A DNA stretch of 42,580 nt from Fimbriimonadales bacterium (GCA_045862955.1 BTVI01000028.1:1-42580); one strand, 5' to 3'. Shown: positions 29,252 to 39,598, counted from the first letter of the stretch. The notes: generated by a model not told the origin, from the letters alone. A program made the numbers and translations.

Positions 29252-29671
29252 ATGAAGAGAATGAGGACTCTCTGTGTTCTCGCGGCAGCGTTTCTGGTGG
29301 CGGCAGTCGCCGTGGCACAGCTCGACACGATTCTGAAGGCGGGCGGCATCGCACTGGCCGTCACGACGTTCGGCAAGGACATAGACAAGGCCATCAACAA
29401 GCTAACAGGACACAACAACACGCCCGCAGCAACCACTAAGGTGGTACCGATCCTAAGCGTAGGCGACGGCGGTTATCTCGGCGCGGCGCAAGTGATGGGA
29501 GCCAAGGCCAAGGTGGACAAGGTACAGGCGCTCGGTCAGATCGAGGGGCGCTTCATGGGTAACGCGGTGCGCCTTCGCGCGCTGATCCCGATCTCGACCA
29601 AGACCCCCGGTAAGAACCTCGACAAGGTTGACGGCGTTGCCGTCTCCGCCATCGTAGACTTCAAGCTGTAA
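29252..29671 (+). CDS. Small exported hypothetical protein
   Basis: Signal peptide ending AVA-Q, GGGAGG RBS, TKVVPILSVG..GAAQV segment. Sits between the SLH-porin genes. Confidence 0.85.
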   Translation: MKRMRTLCVLAAAFLVAAVAVAQLDTILKAGGIALAVTTFGKDIDKAINKLTGHNNTPAATTKVVPILSVGDGGYLGAAQVMGAKAKVDKVQALGQIEGRFMGNAVRLRALIPISTKTPGKNLDKVDGVAVSAIVDFKL

Positions 29672-29678
29672 CTACGGA

Positions 29679-29708
29679 TTGACCTCAGGGCCCGTGTAGT
29701 CGTATACT
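29679..29708 (+). promoter_or_regulatory. Sigma70-type promoter of SLH-porin paralogue 3
   Basis: TTGACC-18 bp-TATACT, overlapped by an inverted repeat (29688-29697 / 29725-29734). Confidence 0.6.
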
Positions 29709-29811
29709 AAAGAGGTACGGACCGACACGGGCCCGGGCCGACAATGGAATTGGGAGTAGGTTCGGTAGCCCGGCACCCTCGCGTGTCGGCTCGTCTCACG
29801 GAGGAGAACCG

Positions 29812-31836
29812 ATGAAGCTGGCGCGGAACGCTCTGCTTGCGATTGCACTCCTTGCCTTCGCGGCCCCCGTCGGGTTTGCGCAGGCCAACTTCCCGGACGT
29901 GCCGGAGAGCCACTGGGCTTACGACGCTCTGGAGACGCTCAAGGGCGCCGGGCTCCTTGTCGGCTATCCAGACGGCACGTTTCGTGGAGCTCGTCCCCTG
30001 AGCCGCTATGAGTTCGCCGTCGCAGTCCACGGAGCGTACAAGCGCTTCATGGCGCTGACCGGCGACCTCTCCTCCAAGATTGACGCAGTCCAGTCCAGGA
30101 TTGACGGTTTCCAGGTCAGCGAAGGGCCCACCGACGCTGCGACTACCCAAGAGCTCGCTGCTCTTCGCGCCGAACTGGAAGCCCTGAAATCGCAGATGGG
30201 CGAGATCACGGCGGACCGAGAGGCTCTGAACGCGCTCAATCGGCTGGCCAAGGAGTTCGAGGCGGAGCTGGCTTCGCTCGGCGTGGACCTCGCCGCCCTC
30301 CGACAAGACCTCAAGTCGTTGGGGGGTCGCCTGGACGCCCTGGAGAATCGCAAGGACAGGGTCCAGATTACCGGCGATTTCAACGTTGCCGCGATCGGCA
30401 AGCACAGCATAGACAATCTGCCCGGAGTGGATTGGACCGGCAACCCGGTGGGTACGCGCTCGGACGGAAGCCCGAGTGGCTTGACCGGCGACTTGAACGT
30501 CATGCAAGAGCTGGGGCTCCAGGTGCGAGGCACGTTCGGTCGCAACGTCCGGCTCGACTCCGACCTAGTGTTCAGCAGCCTGCTGGGATACGAGGGCAAC
30601 AGCTTCAGCGAGTTCTTTCCGGGGACCCGGAAGACTTCATCCGGGACCGACATCTTCGTGAACCGCCTGGCTGCGACTTTCGACGCGAACTGGTTGGGAA
30701 ATCCGCTCACCGTCTCCTTCGGACGCATCGGCAAGAAGGTTTCTCCCTACGTGATGCAGCGGCACGATCCGGACCCGTACCTAGACATTGCTCGCTACGA
30801 CAACGGAGAGTGGGCTATGGACGGCGCCGCCGTCCGGATGGACTTCGAGACGGTCGGGCTGGAGTTGTTCCTCGGCAAGCAGTCCGGGCGCGGCGACACC
30901 TCGGCGGCTTCCGACTACACCATGCGCGTCGGCGACAACCGCACCGTGTTCGATTATGCTGCCCGACCGGCCGGAATCAACCAGGGTCTGATGGTAGTGG
31001 ATACCGAGTTGGGAGCCAACCTCGACGTGAAGTTCGGCCGGTCACGGTTCAACCTAGCGTACATCGCTTTCGACGGCGAGCCGACGGTCGCTGCCCCACG
31101 GCTGGGTAACGCGGGCTTCGAGTTCAATAGGGTCGCGGTATTCGGCGGCGGGCTTCGCATGGGGCTCGCAGACTCGCTGTTCATCAACGCCGACTTCTCC
31201 GCGAGTCAGGCATTCTACAACGGCAGCAGTCGGCTGAACGCAGACAACTTCGCTTACGACGTCGGAGTGCGCTTCGCCTCCGGCGATGACTTCGACTTCG
31301 GAGTCGGTTGGCGCGAAATCCGACCATTCTTCTCCGCTCCGGGCAATTGGGGGCGCATCGGCTTCTGGCACAGTCCGACCGACATCAAGGGCCTGACGCT
31401 GGGTGGTCGGTATCGCTTCAACTCGGCGGTCGGCGTAACCGCACAAGGGGAGTTCTATCAAGGTACCGGAACGGCACGAGACACTTCCGGCAATGTCGTC
31501 GGCCTCGGCACCGATGACCGAATCAACCGGTTGCAGTTCGGCTTGGACTACCGCATGAATCCCCGATGGAAGATCATGCTAGGTTGGGAAGGCGTGTACT
31601 GGGACCTGAAGGACCGCGCGGTAGGCTTCGGCGGGCCGTTCGTGGGTGGCAAACCGACCGAGTACTACTACACGCTCGGACTGGACTATGGAATGGGTGA
31701 TCGAACCAACCTTCGGTTCCTGTATCAGCTCAGCGACTACGACGGCAAGAACGTCGCGGGATTCAACACCCCCGGCAACTCGAGCACCCGAGCGAAGGGC
31801 GGACAAGTTGTGACGCAGCTATCCGTCGAGTTTTAG
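29812..31836 (+). CDS. SLH-domain outer-membrane beta-barrel protein (OmpM-like), paralogue 3
   Basis: Same architecture, C-terminal ...SVEF. GGAGGAG RBS. Confidence 0.92.
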   Translation: MKLARNALLAIALLAFAAPVGFAQANFPDVPESHWAYDALETLKGAGLLVGYPDGTFRGARPLSRYEFAVAVHGAYKRFMALTGDLSSKIDAVQSRIDGFQVSEGPTDAATTQELAALRAELEALKSQMGEITADREALNALNRLAKEFEAELASLGVDLAALRQDLKSLGGRLDALENRKDRVQITGDFNVAAIGKHSIDNLPGVDWTGNPVGTRSDGSPSGLTGDLNVMQELGLQVRGTFGRNVRLDSDLVFSSLLGYEGNSFSEFFPGTRKTSSGTDIFVNRLAATFDANWLGNPLTVSFGRIGKKVSPYVMQRHDPDPYLDIARYDNGEWAMDGAAVRMDFETVGLELFLGKQSGRGDTSAASDYTMRVGDNRTVFDYAARPAGINQGLMVVDTELGANLDVKFGRSRFNLAYIAFDGEPTVAAPRLGNAGFEFNRVAVFGGGLRMGLADSLFINADFSASQAFYNGSSRLNADNFAYDVGVRFASGDDFDFGVGWREIRPFFSAPGNWGRIGFWHSPTDIKGLTLGGRYRFNSAVGVTAQGEFYQGTGTARDTSGNVVGLGTDDRINRLQFGLDYRMNPRWKIMLGWEGVYWDLKDRAVGFGGPFVGGKPTEYYYTLGLDYGMGDRTNLRFLYQLSDYDGKNVAGFNTPGNSSTRAKGGQVVTQLSVEF

Positions 31837-31871
31837 GGCCGATCGACATGCCGCACATCTCGATTTCATCG

Positions 31872-31901
31872 GAGACCCCTCTTGCAGGGGTCTCGAGCTT
31901 T
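31872..31901 (+). terminator. Hairpin/terminator overlapping a putative metK promoter
   Basis: GAGACCCCT-CTTGC-AGGGGTCTC then GAGCTTT. TTGCAG(31882)-17 bp-TATAGT(31905) overlaps it. Confidence 0.55.
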
Positions 31902-31967
31902 CGGTATAGTGGAGTGATCCTTTATCGTCCTCGCGGGCGAGCACTTTAGCTGGGAGTGGACCACATC

Positions 31968-33098
31968 ATGGCGATGCACCTATTCACGTCCGAGTCGGTC
32001 ACCGAGGGCCATCCGGATAAGTTAGCGGACCAGATTAGCGATGCCATCCTCGACGAATGCCTAGCGCAGGATGCCGGCGCGCGATGTGCGATGGAGACAC
32101 TGCTATCGCGGGGGGTGGCCGTGGTTGCTGGAGAGCTAACTACGTCCGCGTACGTCGAGATACCCGACGTAGTACGCCGAACTATCAACGACGTAGGCTA
32201 CACCAGCACCGCCCTCGGATTCGAAGGTGATACCTGCGGCGTGATGGTAGCGATCCAGCAGCAATCGCCGGACATCGCAATGGGCGTGGATACGGGGGGC
32301 GCCGGCGATCAGGGCATGATGATCGGTCTTGCGTGTGATGAGACTCCCGAATTGATGCCCCTGCCTATCAGCATCGCTCATGCACTAACACGACGCTTGG
32401 CCGAGGCGCGTAAGAAGCGAGAGGACGACGAGATGTTCCGGCCTGACGGAAAGTCGCAGGTCACTGTTGCCTACGAGGACGGCCGACCCAAATACATCGA
32501 CACCATTGTGGTGTCCACTCAGCACAAGCCCGTGGAGGACCAGGAGCAGGTGCGTCAGGTGGTACGCAAGCATGTGCTCGAGCCCGTACTACAGAACTAC
32601 CAGAGCTATGTGGATCGGGATATCACCTATCATATCAACCCGACGGGTCAGTTCATCATAGGCGGACCTCAGGCCGACACGGGTGTCACCGGTCGTAAGG
32701 TAGTAGTGGACACATACGGCGGAGCATGTCCAGTGGGTGGTGGTGCTTTCTCTGGAAAGGACCCTACCAAGGTAGACCGCTCCGCCTCCTACATGGCACG
32801 ACACATCGCAAAATGCATCGTCGCAGCCGGGTTAGCACAGAGGGTGGAGTTGCATCTTGCATATGCCATCGGCGTGGTGCAGCCCGTCGCCGTCAACGTG
32901 CTCACGTTCGGCACGGGCAAGGTGTCCGACGAGGTGATTGCGGAGCGGGTCAGGAAAGTGTTCGATTTGTCTCCTCGTGGCATCATCGAATACCTAGGCT
33001 TGCTCTCCGTGAAGTACCTGCCTACGGCAAAGAACGGACACTTCGGGAACCCGGCATTCCCGTGGGAGAGCACCGAGGCCGCTGCCCGCCTCGCATAG
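31968..33098 (+). CDS. metK: S-adenosylmethionine synthetase
   Basis: [48 protein letters not shown]. Confidence 0.98.
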   Translation: MAMHLFTSESVTEGHPDKLADQISDAILDECLAQDAGARCAMETLLSRGVAVVAGELTTSAYVEIPDVVRRTINDVGYTSTALGFEGDTCGVMVAIQQQSPDIAMGVDTGGAGDQGMMIGLACDETPELMPLPISIAHALTRRLAEARKKREDDEMFRPDGKSQVTVAYEDGRPKYIDTIVVSTQHKPVEDQEQVRQVVRKHVLEPVLQNYQSYVDRDITYHINPTGQFIIGGPQADTGVTGRKVVVDTYGGACPVGGGAFSGKDPTKVDRSASYMARHIAKCIVAAGLAQRVELHLAYAIGVVQPVAVNVLTFGTGKVSDEVIAERVRKVFDLSPRGIIEYLGLLSVKYLPTAKNGHFGNPAFPWESTEAAARLA

Positions 33099-33102
33099 CA
33101 GC

Positions 33103-33927
33103 GTGACTTCCTCGGCTCCCCGGCGGCGAAGGGGCTGCATCGGACCCGGACTGATAGGTCTCGGCGTGGTGGCTTTAGGGTTCTTCGCCTTCTACCAGTG
33201 GCAGCCTTGGGAGTACGAGCTGTTTCCGTCGGCGCATCCACAGGCTACGCACTCGGACCCCGATTCGTCGCGCTTGTTCGCCCAGGGGACGCGAGTAGCC
33301 GTCGTCACCGCTCATCCGGACGATGCGGAGTTCTACGTCGGCGGCCTCCTTACCAAGCTGGGGCGAGCCGGCTGCCGGATGACCCTCATCTGCGTGACCG
33401 ACGGCGACAAGGGCTACTACCCGTTCGAGGACGCGGCAGCGAATCGCAGAGTGCGTCGGCGCGAGCAAGCGGATGCAGCCCGTGCGTGGGGCGCGAGCGA
33501 AGTCGTCTACCTAGGCTTTCCGGACGGTCGGCTGAAGGTGACCGACGAGTTGGTGGACGCTATTCGCACCGAGCTGCAGCGGCTCGAACCGGACTACGTC
33601 CTCACCTTCGACGGAAAGCACCCGACGCGATTGCGGCACCGGGACCATCGCCGCACGGGAGTGGCCGTGGAGCGGGCGCTGCGGCAGACGCCGACCGGTT
33701 CGTGGTTGCTTCGCTTCTCGACTGCTAGCCCGAACTTCGCCGTGGACATCGGCGACGTGTGGGACCAGAAGATGCGGCTGGTGGCAATTCACTCGAGCCA
33801 GTTCTATGGCGAGCGACTGAGTCGGATCCGGTCGCTGCTGCGCTCGCGTGCGGAGGCAGACGCACGACTGCTCGGCACGAAAGCGAAACTTGCCGAGGGT
33901 CTTCGGGTCAGCCGGCTTCCACTCTGA
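33103..33927 (+). CDS. PIG-L/LmbE family deacetylase with N-terminal membrane anchor
   Basis: AHPDDAE, VTDGDKG, R.REQ, FPDG, HRDH, HSSQ motifs. Hydrophobic N-terminal helix. Confidence 0.9.
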   Translation: MTSSAPRRRRGCIGPGLIGLGVVALGFFAFYQWQPWEYELFPSAHPQATHSDPDSSRLFAQGTRVAVVTAHPDDAEFYVGGLLTKLGRAGCRMTLICVTDGDKGYYPFEDAAANRRVRRREQADAARAWGASEVVYLGFPDGRLKVTDELVDAIRTELQRLEPDYVLTFDGKHPTRLRHRDHRRTGVAVERALRQTPTGSWLLRFSTASPNFAVDIGDVWDQKMRLVAIHSSQFYGERLSRIRSLLRSRAEADARLLGTKAKLAEGLRVSRLPL

Positions 33928-34084
33928 AGCCGGTAGCGTGCGTGCAACGGGCCAGCGGCGACAGAACGCGTGTTAGTCGTCCTCCGGGCCGCATGGTGGT
34001 TGGCTTCCGCGCGCGTGCGCTCGAGGCCAAGCGACAGGGGCCGAGCCGGTGTTTCCCGCGCCAGTGCTGCTCGCGGCGCAGCGC

Positions 34085-34253
34085 GGCGGACGCGGGCCGG
34101 GGCATGGAGTGCGGGCGGCGAGGTCATGCTTCGACAGGCTCAGCATGACGAAGCTCAGATGGAATCCTGGGGCCGCGGTATTGCCCCGGCGCGGTCCTTG
34201 GACTCGCGGTGTGCGGTCGGTAGGTGTAGTGCAGCGGATGCAGGCCGGGGCAT
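34085..34253. repeat. REP-like mosaic element between convergent genes
   Basis: One core GTCATGCTTCGACAGGCTCAGCATGAC at 34122, flanked by GCCCCGGC...GCCGGGGCAT modules that match those in the terminal arrays. Confidence 0.9.
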
Positions 34254-34376
34254 AGAACAGTTCAGTCTGACAGCGAGCGCGCCGAGCCGAGGCGGGAATC
34301 CGGTACATCGCACGGACCGACGGGCGCTGGGCGGCCGAGCGGCAGCCAAGCTCCGGCAGAGGAAGACCGAGCGGGC

Positions 34377-35351
34377 CTACCGGAAGCTGTCCACGAAGCT
34401 CTGCAGTCGCTCCTGCGTCAGCTTGCCCATTGCCGCAAGGAATATCTCCCCCGCCTGCCGGGTCGCCATCCGGAACTCCCGATGGTGCAACCGGCCCAGC
34501 GCCTCCCTCGGTATTGCGCCCCGCACCTGGAACACGGAGATGGGGTCCATCCCATGGGCGTCGTGGTAGAGGAGGTGCACGCCGGGCTTGCCGCCCAGCT
34601 CCACCGGCTTGGCCCCGGCCAGACGCAGGCCGGCGAGCGCTGGCTCCGGCCGCAGGATGCGGAACGGGACCCGCTTCTGTGCGTCTTCTATGGGCACGAA
34701 TTCGTCTTGCACTACCTTCGCGCCCGGATGCTTGATCACGAAGTCCTCGGGGGAGGGCTTGGCACCGAAGTCCACTTGCGTGTACTCGAACCCTCCGATT
34801 AGACGGTCATGATTCGATGGGTCCAGGATCTGCTGCTTCAGCAGGACACCGGTCGCGTCGTCCACGTAGAGCCGCCACACGTGGGAACCGTCCTTGCGCT
34901 TCAGCAACAGCTCGGTGCACTTGCGCCCCGCCACGCGAGCGGCATCGCCGATCTCTAGGTTCAGCAGGCCCCTCCGGACGCCTTCGAGGACACGCGGCAG
35001 CCGCTCCTGCAGCTTCTCCCGCCGCTTGGCTTCTCCCACGTAGATGGTGTTTTCGCGGGGCACCCAGTGCCACCGGCGCGAACCTCGCTCCACCACCACC
35101 TCGCCGTAGCGCGGGCTTCCCTTCGGGAACTCGACCCGGCTATCTGGGCCTGAGCGCAGCACCAGCTCGATGGTCCGCTCGTTTCGCCCCTCGAGGTTGT
35201 TGATGACCACGCGGGTGCCGGACAGCTTTTGGCTCATCTCCGCCCGAATCATCCGCCGCAGCAACTCCGTGGCCCGCGACTGCTCCTGGGACACGGCCGG
35301 GGCCGCCATGAGTAAAAACACAACGCATGCAAGCAGTGTTCGCGGCATCAT
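34377..35351 (-). CDS. MucB/RseB-like periplasmic sigma-E regulator (LolA-like fold)
   Basis: Signal peptide, ARVAGRKC, RLYVDDATGVLLK, AQKRVPFRILRP, ISVFQ. Lies directly downstream of the anti-sigma gene. Confidence 0.75.
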   Translation of the reverse strand: MMPRTLLACVVFLLMAAPAVSQEQSRATELLRRMIRAEMSQKLSGTRVVINNLEGRNERTIELVLRSGPDSRVEFPKGSPRYGEVVVERGSRRWHWVPRENTIYVGEAKRREKLQERLPRVLEGVRRGLLNLEIGDAARVAGRKCTELLLKRKDGSHVWRLYVDDATGVLLKQQILDPSNHDRLIGGFEYTQVDFGAKPSPEDFVIKHPGAKVVQDEFVPIEDAQKRVPFRILRPEPALAGLRLAGAKPVELGGKPGVHLLYHDAHGMDPISVFQVRGAIPREALGRLHHREFRMATRQAGEIFLAAMGKLTQERLQSFVDSFR

Positions 35352-35354
35352 TCT

Positions 35355-35837
35355 CTACATCCCATCGAGGTCGTAAAGATCGTCGTATTCCGTACCCCCG
35401 CTCGGCGGCTTGGGCCTGGCAGCTACCGGCGAGTCTGCAGGCAGTATGTAGGCCAGTTGGACCTGGGCATGGAGGTCCTTCATGGTGTGCAGCGCGTCCT
35501 GAGCCTGCGCAAGTTCCCGCTGGTGGGCGCCGATTCGGGGCAGCGCGACGAGTGCAGCAATTGCAGCCGCAGCCACTGCTGCTGCCGGCACGAGCCTGGG
35601 CCAGGCGGCCAGAACCCATGGAAGCTTCTTTCGGCTCGCCAAGCGCACCCGCACGCCCTCTGCCAGGCTGTCCGGAGCCCGATGCATAGGCAGTGCAGCG
35701 ACCAGCTCGCGTACCCGGCGAAGCTCCTGGACAGCCTGCCGGCAGCTCTCGCATACGGCCACGTGATCGCCGAAGGAGTCGCATCGGCCGTCAACGTATT
35801 CCATCAATCTCTCGCGGTACTTCTCGCAGCCGTTCAT
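35355..35837 (-). CDS. Zinc-binding anti-sigma factor (zf-HC2/ZAS) with a TM helix
   Basis: CEKYRERLMEYVDG...HVAVCESC (HxxxCxxC) and one TM helix. ATGA-type overlap with the sigma gene. Confidence 0.88.
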   Translation of the reverse strand: MNGCEKYRERLMEYVDGRCDSFGDHVAVCESCRQAVQELRRVRELVAALPMHRAPDSLAEGVRVRLASRKKLPWVLAAWPRLVPAAAVAAAAIAALVALPRIGAHQRELAQAQDALHTMKDLHAQVQLAYILPADSPVAARPKPPSGGTEYDDLYDLDGM

Positions 35838-36475
35838 TTTGCGTCTGAGCCTCTCATATACTCCCGAAGCGCCTCTCGCAACTGCTCCCTCGCAAGGAAA
35901 AGGCGGGACTTCACCGTACCCAAGGGGACACTCACTGCCTGGGCAATCTCCTCGTAGGACAGGTTCTGCGTGTCGTGGAGCAGCAACACTGTCTTCAGCT
36001 TGTCGGAGAGCCTCCCGACGGCACGTTCCACGACGGCGCTCATCTCGTTCTGAAGCACGATCCTCTCGGGGTCGTACCGGTGATCAGGCGGATCCACTGC
36101 TGGGCGCCCATCGCCGTGGGGGTGTGACAGTGACACCGATTGAGGCCTGCGCGACCTGTAGCGGGACCTATCCACGCAGAGATTCGTGGCGATACGGAAT
36201 AGCCAGGTCGTGAAGCCTGCGCGCCCATCGTATCGCTGGATCCCCTGGAACGCCCGGACGAACACTTCCTGCGCAACGTCCTCCGCCTCGCCGTCCTCGG
36301 GGACCATCCGCCGCACATAGCTGTAGATGCGGTCTTTGTACCGGGAGACGATGATGTCGAACGCGGCGAGGTCGTTCGCTTGGCACCGGCGCACCAGATC
36401 GGCATCCAGTGCGGACTCGTCTCGCCCGGCTTCGGTCAAGCACCCTGCTCCTTGCAGTGAAATCGCAGCGTCCAT
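35834..36475 (-). CDS. ECF RNA polymerase sigma factor (RpoE/SigW-like)
   Basis: AEDVAQEVF, FTTWLFRIATN, LSYEEIA..VPLGTVKSRLFLAR. ATG 36475 is preferred because a promoter-like motif lies just upstream. Confidence 0.95.
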   Translation of the reverse strand: MDAAISLQGAGCLTEAGRDESALDADLVRRCQANDLAAFDIIVSRYKDRIYSYVRRMVPEDGEAEDVAQEVFVRAFQGIQRYDGRAGFTTWLFRIATNLCVDRSRYRSRRPQSVSLSHPHGDGRPAVDPPDHRYDPERIVLQNEMSAVVERAVGRLSDKLKTVLLLHDTQNLSYEEIAQAVSVPLGTVKSRLFLAREQLREALREYMRGSDAK

Positions 36476-36493
36476 CGGTTTCTCGACGGTATG

Positions 36494-36519
36494 GACGCCA
36501 CCGAAACGTTGGGGTTCAC
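36494..36519 (-). promoter_or_regulatory. Putative autoregulatory ECF promoter
   Basis: Minus strand reads GTGAAC-16 bp-CGTC, matching the AAC-N16-CGT ECF consensus. Confidence 0.6.
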
Positions 36520-36581
36520 CCTTTCCGTTATTCACGGGCCCTAACCTCGCAAAGGTGCCCGCGCGCGTCGGGCGCTACCAT

Positions 36582-37253
36582 TTACACCCCTGCGTGAATA
36601 CGCTCCTCGACCTCGACGATGCGCCCGTCTTCCAGTCTGACTACTCGGTTCGCGCCCTCCAGCACCGCCGGATCGTGGGTCACGAGCACGATGCTACCCT
36701 GCCCCCTCTGTTCTCGTAGCGTTCGCACCACTGCCAGGCCGGTCGCATGGTCGAGCGAGGCGGTCGGCTCGTCGGCGAAGATGACGTGAGGTCGGTTCAG
36801 AAGGGCGCGCGCGACGCACACCCTCTGCTTCTCGCCGCCGGAGAGCGAGCGTGGGCGGCGATGCATTTTGCTCCCTAGGCCGAGCGCGCCCAAGAGCTCG
36901 GCGGCCCGGTCGGAGGCCGCGGCCCCCCCGTTCGCCACCAGTACGTTCTCCAGCGCCGTCAGATAGCCGAGCAGGTACGGGTACTGGAACAGCATACCGA
37001 ACTCGGTGCGTCTTAGACGGTCCCGCTCCCTTACAGGCATGGAGCGAAAGTCCACGTCGCGATAGGTAACCCGCCCAGAGGTAGGGGTCTTGAGGCCGCT
37101 GAGCAGATACAGCAGGGAACTCTTGCCCGAGCCGCTCGGCCCCAGGATGCCGACGAACTCACCTGGGCCAATCTCCAGCGAGATGTCGCGACAGGCGTGA
37201 ACGGGCCCCGTCGGGTCCTGATACACTAGGCTTGCCCCCTCTGCCCGAATCAA
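36582..37253 (-). CDS. ABC transporter ATP-binding protein (LolD/MacB-type)
   Basis: GPSGSGKSS, LSGGEKQRV, IFADEPTASLD, LVTHD. TTG start overlaps the permease TGA. Confidence 0.93.
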   Translation of the reverse strand: MIRAEGASLVYQDPTGPVHACRDISLEIGPGEFVGILGPSGSGKSSLLYLLSGLKTPTSGRVTYRDVDFRSMPVRERDRLRRTEFGMLFQYPYLLGYLTALENVLVANGGAAASDRAAELLGALGLGSKMHRRPRSLSGGEKQRVCVARALLNRPHVIFADEPTASLDHATGLAVVRTLREQRGQGSIVLVTHDPAVLEGANRVVRLEDGRIVEVEERIHAGV

Positions 37254-38446
37254 ACGAGTCTCCTTTCGACGATGGCCACCGGATCGAATCGCCGGAACCT
37301 CCACCACACGGTCGCCAGGCCGAACAGGGCAACCGCGACCGGAACAGAGAGCGTGTAGCGATAAGTCTCCCAGCCTGCCGGGCTCATCGGATATCCCTTC
37401 GGCTCCATCACCGTGCGCTTGACGATGTCCAGCCCCAGGTGCGCGAAGAGGATGCCCAGTATCCAAGCGCCGATCACTACGAGCACAGTCTCGAGCATGG
37501 TACGTACTAGCAATGACCGTCGCGTGTGACCTATTGCTTGCAGCAGCCCGAACTCCACGATGCGCTGAGTGAAGTGGATGTTGGCGAGGAGGCCCATCAT
37601 CGAAGCGAGGACCGTCACCAGCGCCGCGATTACGATGTTCAGGATCAGATAGAGCGTGGCGAGATCCCGCTCGGCCTCTCGGTTCAGTTCGGCGTAGGAG
37701 AAAACCCTGCCCCGCGTGCCCTCCATCCGCTCGAGCACCCACGAGTCGAGCCTCGGCTGGTTCTTCGCTTCGTCCGCCATCAGGATGAAGGCAGTAGTGT
37801 CCGGGAAGAAGTTGGCCTTGATGAACTCCGTGGAGGAGAAGGCGAACCACTCCGGGCCGTCCAGAATGCCCACCACCTTGGTGGGTTCGGGTGCGTACTC
37901 GTCTCGATTGTCGGGGCGAAGAGCGATTTGTCCCAGCCGGTATCCCTTGTTGTGTGCCACGGCTCGCGAGACCACGATCTCGGGGGCGCCGGGCTTCGGG
38001 AAGCGGCCTTCGGCCAGACGCAGTCTCATTCGCTCGAGTAGCGGCTCGATGTCCTTCTGTTCTAGGCCGTAGATAACGAACGGCCATTGCCCCACGATGG
38101 TCTTCACCCGCATCATGGTGATGCGCACCGTGGAAAGGCGACCCAGGTCCGGAGCGGTTTCCAGAGCCGCCCGGATCTGCCGCGTGTCGTCCCGGTCGGC
38201 GCGGGGCCACACGACGGCGAAGGCCTTGCTGTAACCGTACACGGTTCGGATTGCGTGCGGGATGGAGTTGAGCATGGCCACGATGCCTGCGATGAGCAAG
38301 ACGGACATCACGATGACTGCCCCGAGGGGAACCGTCTGTGCTGGGTTTCGCCAGAGATACAGAACCGGTGAGAGCGGATGCAGGCGAGAGCGCGCCCGGA
38401 CGGGCGCCCGCGATACCGTTGTCGTCGCTTCTGCCGTGGTGTTCAT
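37250..38446 (-). CDS. FtsX/LolE/MacB-type ABC permease
   Basis: One TM helix, a large extracytoplasmic domain, then 3 TM helices. [13 protein letters not shown] and ...DPVAIVE motifs. Confidence 0.88.
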   Translation of the reverse strand: MNTTAEATTTVSRAPVRARSRLHPLSPVLYLWRNPAQTVPLGAVIVMSVLLIAGIVAMLNSIPHAIRTVYGYSKAFAVVWPRADRDDTRQIRAALETAPDLGRLSTVRITMMRVKTIVGQWPFVIYGLEQKDIEPLLERMRLRLAEGRFPKPGAPEIVVSRAVAHNKGYRLGQIALRPDNRDEYAPEPTKVVGILDGPEWFAFSSTEFIKANFFPDTTAFILMADEAKNQPRLDSWVLERMEGTRGRVFSYAELNREAERDLATLYLILNIVIAALVTVLASMMGLLANIHFTQRIVEFGLLQAIGHTRRSLLVRTMLETVLVVIGAWILGILFAHLGLDIVKRTVMEPKGYPMSPAGWETYRYTLSVPVAVALFGLATVWWRFRRFDPVAIVERRLV

Positions 38447-38595
38447 CAGTTGCTTCGCTGCCCCAACGTTCTACGCCTCGCCGACCCGGGCGGTCGCCGA
38501 CAATAAGACCTTCGGCATGTGCTACGCCTAAGGTACAGTATGAACTGGAGGGCGTATCCCTCGCCGCAGTGCGACTTCCCGACGAGGAGAGTTTC

Positions 38596-39525
38596 ATGGT
38601 TCATAACGTCATCATCATCGGTTCGGGTCCGGCAGGCTACACGGCCGCGCTGTATACGTCCAGAGCAAACTTGCAGCCCCTGCTGTTTTCGGGTGACGAG
38701 CCGGGCGGGCAGTTGATGATCACCACCGACGTGGAGAACTATCCCGGCTTTCCGAACGGAATAACCGGTCCGGAGATGATGCAGCTCTTCCGACAGCAGG
38801 CGGAGCGCTTCGGCACCACCGTGCGGGACGAGAAGGTGACGGCGCTGGATGTCTCGGAGCGACCCTTTACTGTGCAGGCTGGCGGCGAGACCTATCGGAC
38901 CAAGACGGTCATCCTCGCGACCGGAGCGTCGGCGAAGTGGCTCGGCCTTCCCGCGGAGAAGGCGCTGATGGGGCACGGCGTGTCGGCTTGCGCCACGTGC
39001 GACGGGTTCTTCTTCCGCGATAAGACGGTCGTTGTGGTAGGGGGCGGGGACACGGCGATGGAGGAGGCCGGCTTCCTCACGCGCTTCTGCTCCAAGGTGT
39101 ACGTCGCGCACCGGCGGGATGCGCTGCGGGCTAGCAAGATCATGCAAGACCGCGTGCTCGGCAACCCCAAGGTGGAGATGCTGTGGAACACGGTCATCGA
39201 AGACATCCACGAGCCTGCAGAGAAGCGGGTGACCGCCGTGACGCTGCGCGACACCAAGTCGGGCGAGACGCGGCGGATGCCGGTGGACGGGGTGTTCGTC
39301 GCAATCGGACACGAGCCCAACAGCCAACTGGTGCGAGACGTGCTGGAGACCGACGAACTCGGCTACGTCATCACCGAACCCCGATCTACGCGCACGAAAA
39401 TCCCGGGCCTATTCGCGTGCGGCGACGTGGTGGACCGAACCTATCGCCAGGCCGTGACCGCGGCGGGCTCGGGTTGCATGGCTGCGATTGACGCCGAGCG
39501 CTTCCTGGAGTCCGAGGGAAACTAG
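38596..39525 (+). CDS. trxB: Thioredoxin-disulfide reductase
   Basis: [52 protein letters not shown]. Confidence 0.97.
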   Translation: MVHNVIIIGSGPAGYTAALYTSRANLQPLLFSGDEPGGQLMITTDVENYPGFPNGITGPEMMQLFRQQAERFGTTVRDEKVTALDVSERPFTVQAGGETYRTKTVILATGASAKWLGLPAEKALMGHGVSACATCDGFFFRDKTVVVVGGGDTAMEEAGFLTRFCSKVYVAHRRDALRASKIMQDRVLGNPKVEMLWNTVIEDIHEPAEKRVTAVTLRDTKSGETRRMPVDGVFVAIGHEPNSQLVRDVLETDELGYVITEPRSTRTKIPGLFACGDVVDRTYRQAVTAAGSGCMAAIDAERFLESEGN

Positions 39526-39569
39526 CCCCCTGCTGGCTGAGGGATATGCCGGGTTCGGCTCGCTGCTCG

Positions 39570-39598
39570 TGGACTACGGGACGGTCTCGCGTTATACT
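39570..39598 (+). promoter_or_regulatory. Putative sigma70-type promoter
   Basis: TGGACT-17 bp-TATACT, 60 bp upstream of ATG 39659. Confidence 0.45.

Noticed and set aside
31837..31967. SAM riboswitch upstream of metK
   Set aside because: The predicted leader is only about 50 nt. Apart from a TTATC it lacks the SAM-I core elements, and I could not match the SAM-II/III patterns.
37254..38597. 671-aa ORF as a large ABC ATPase or a programmed frameshift
   Set aside because: The extension overlaps the permease in another frame and is Arg/Gly-rich noise. The ATPase starts at TTG 37253.
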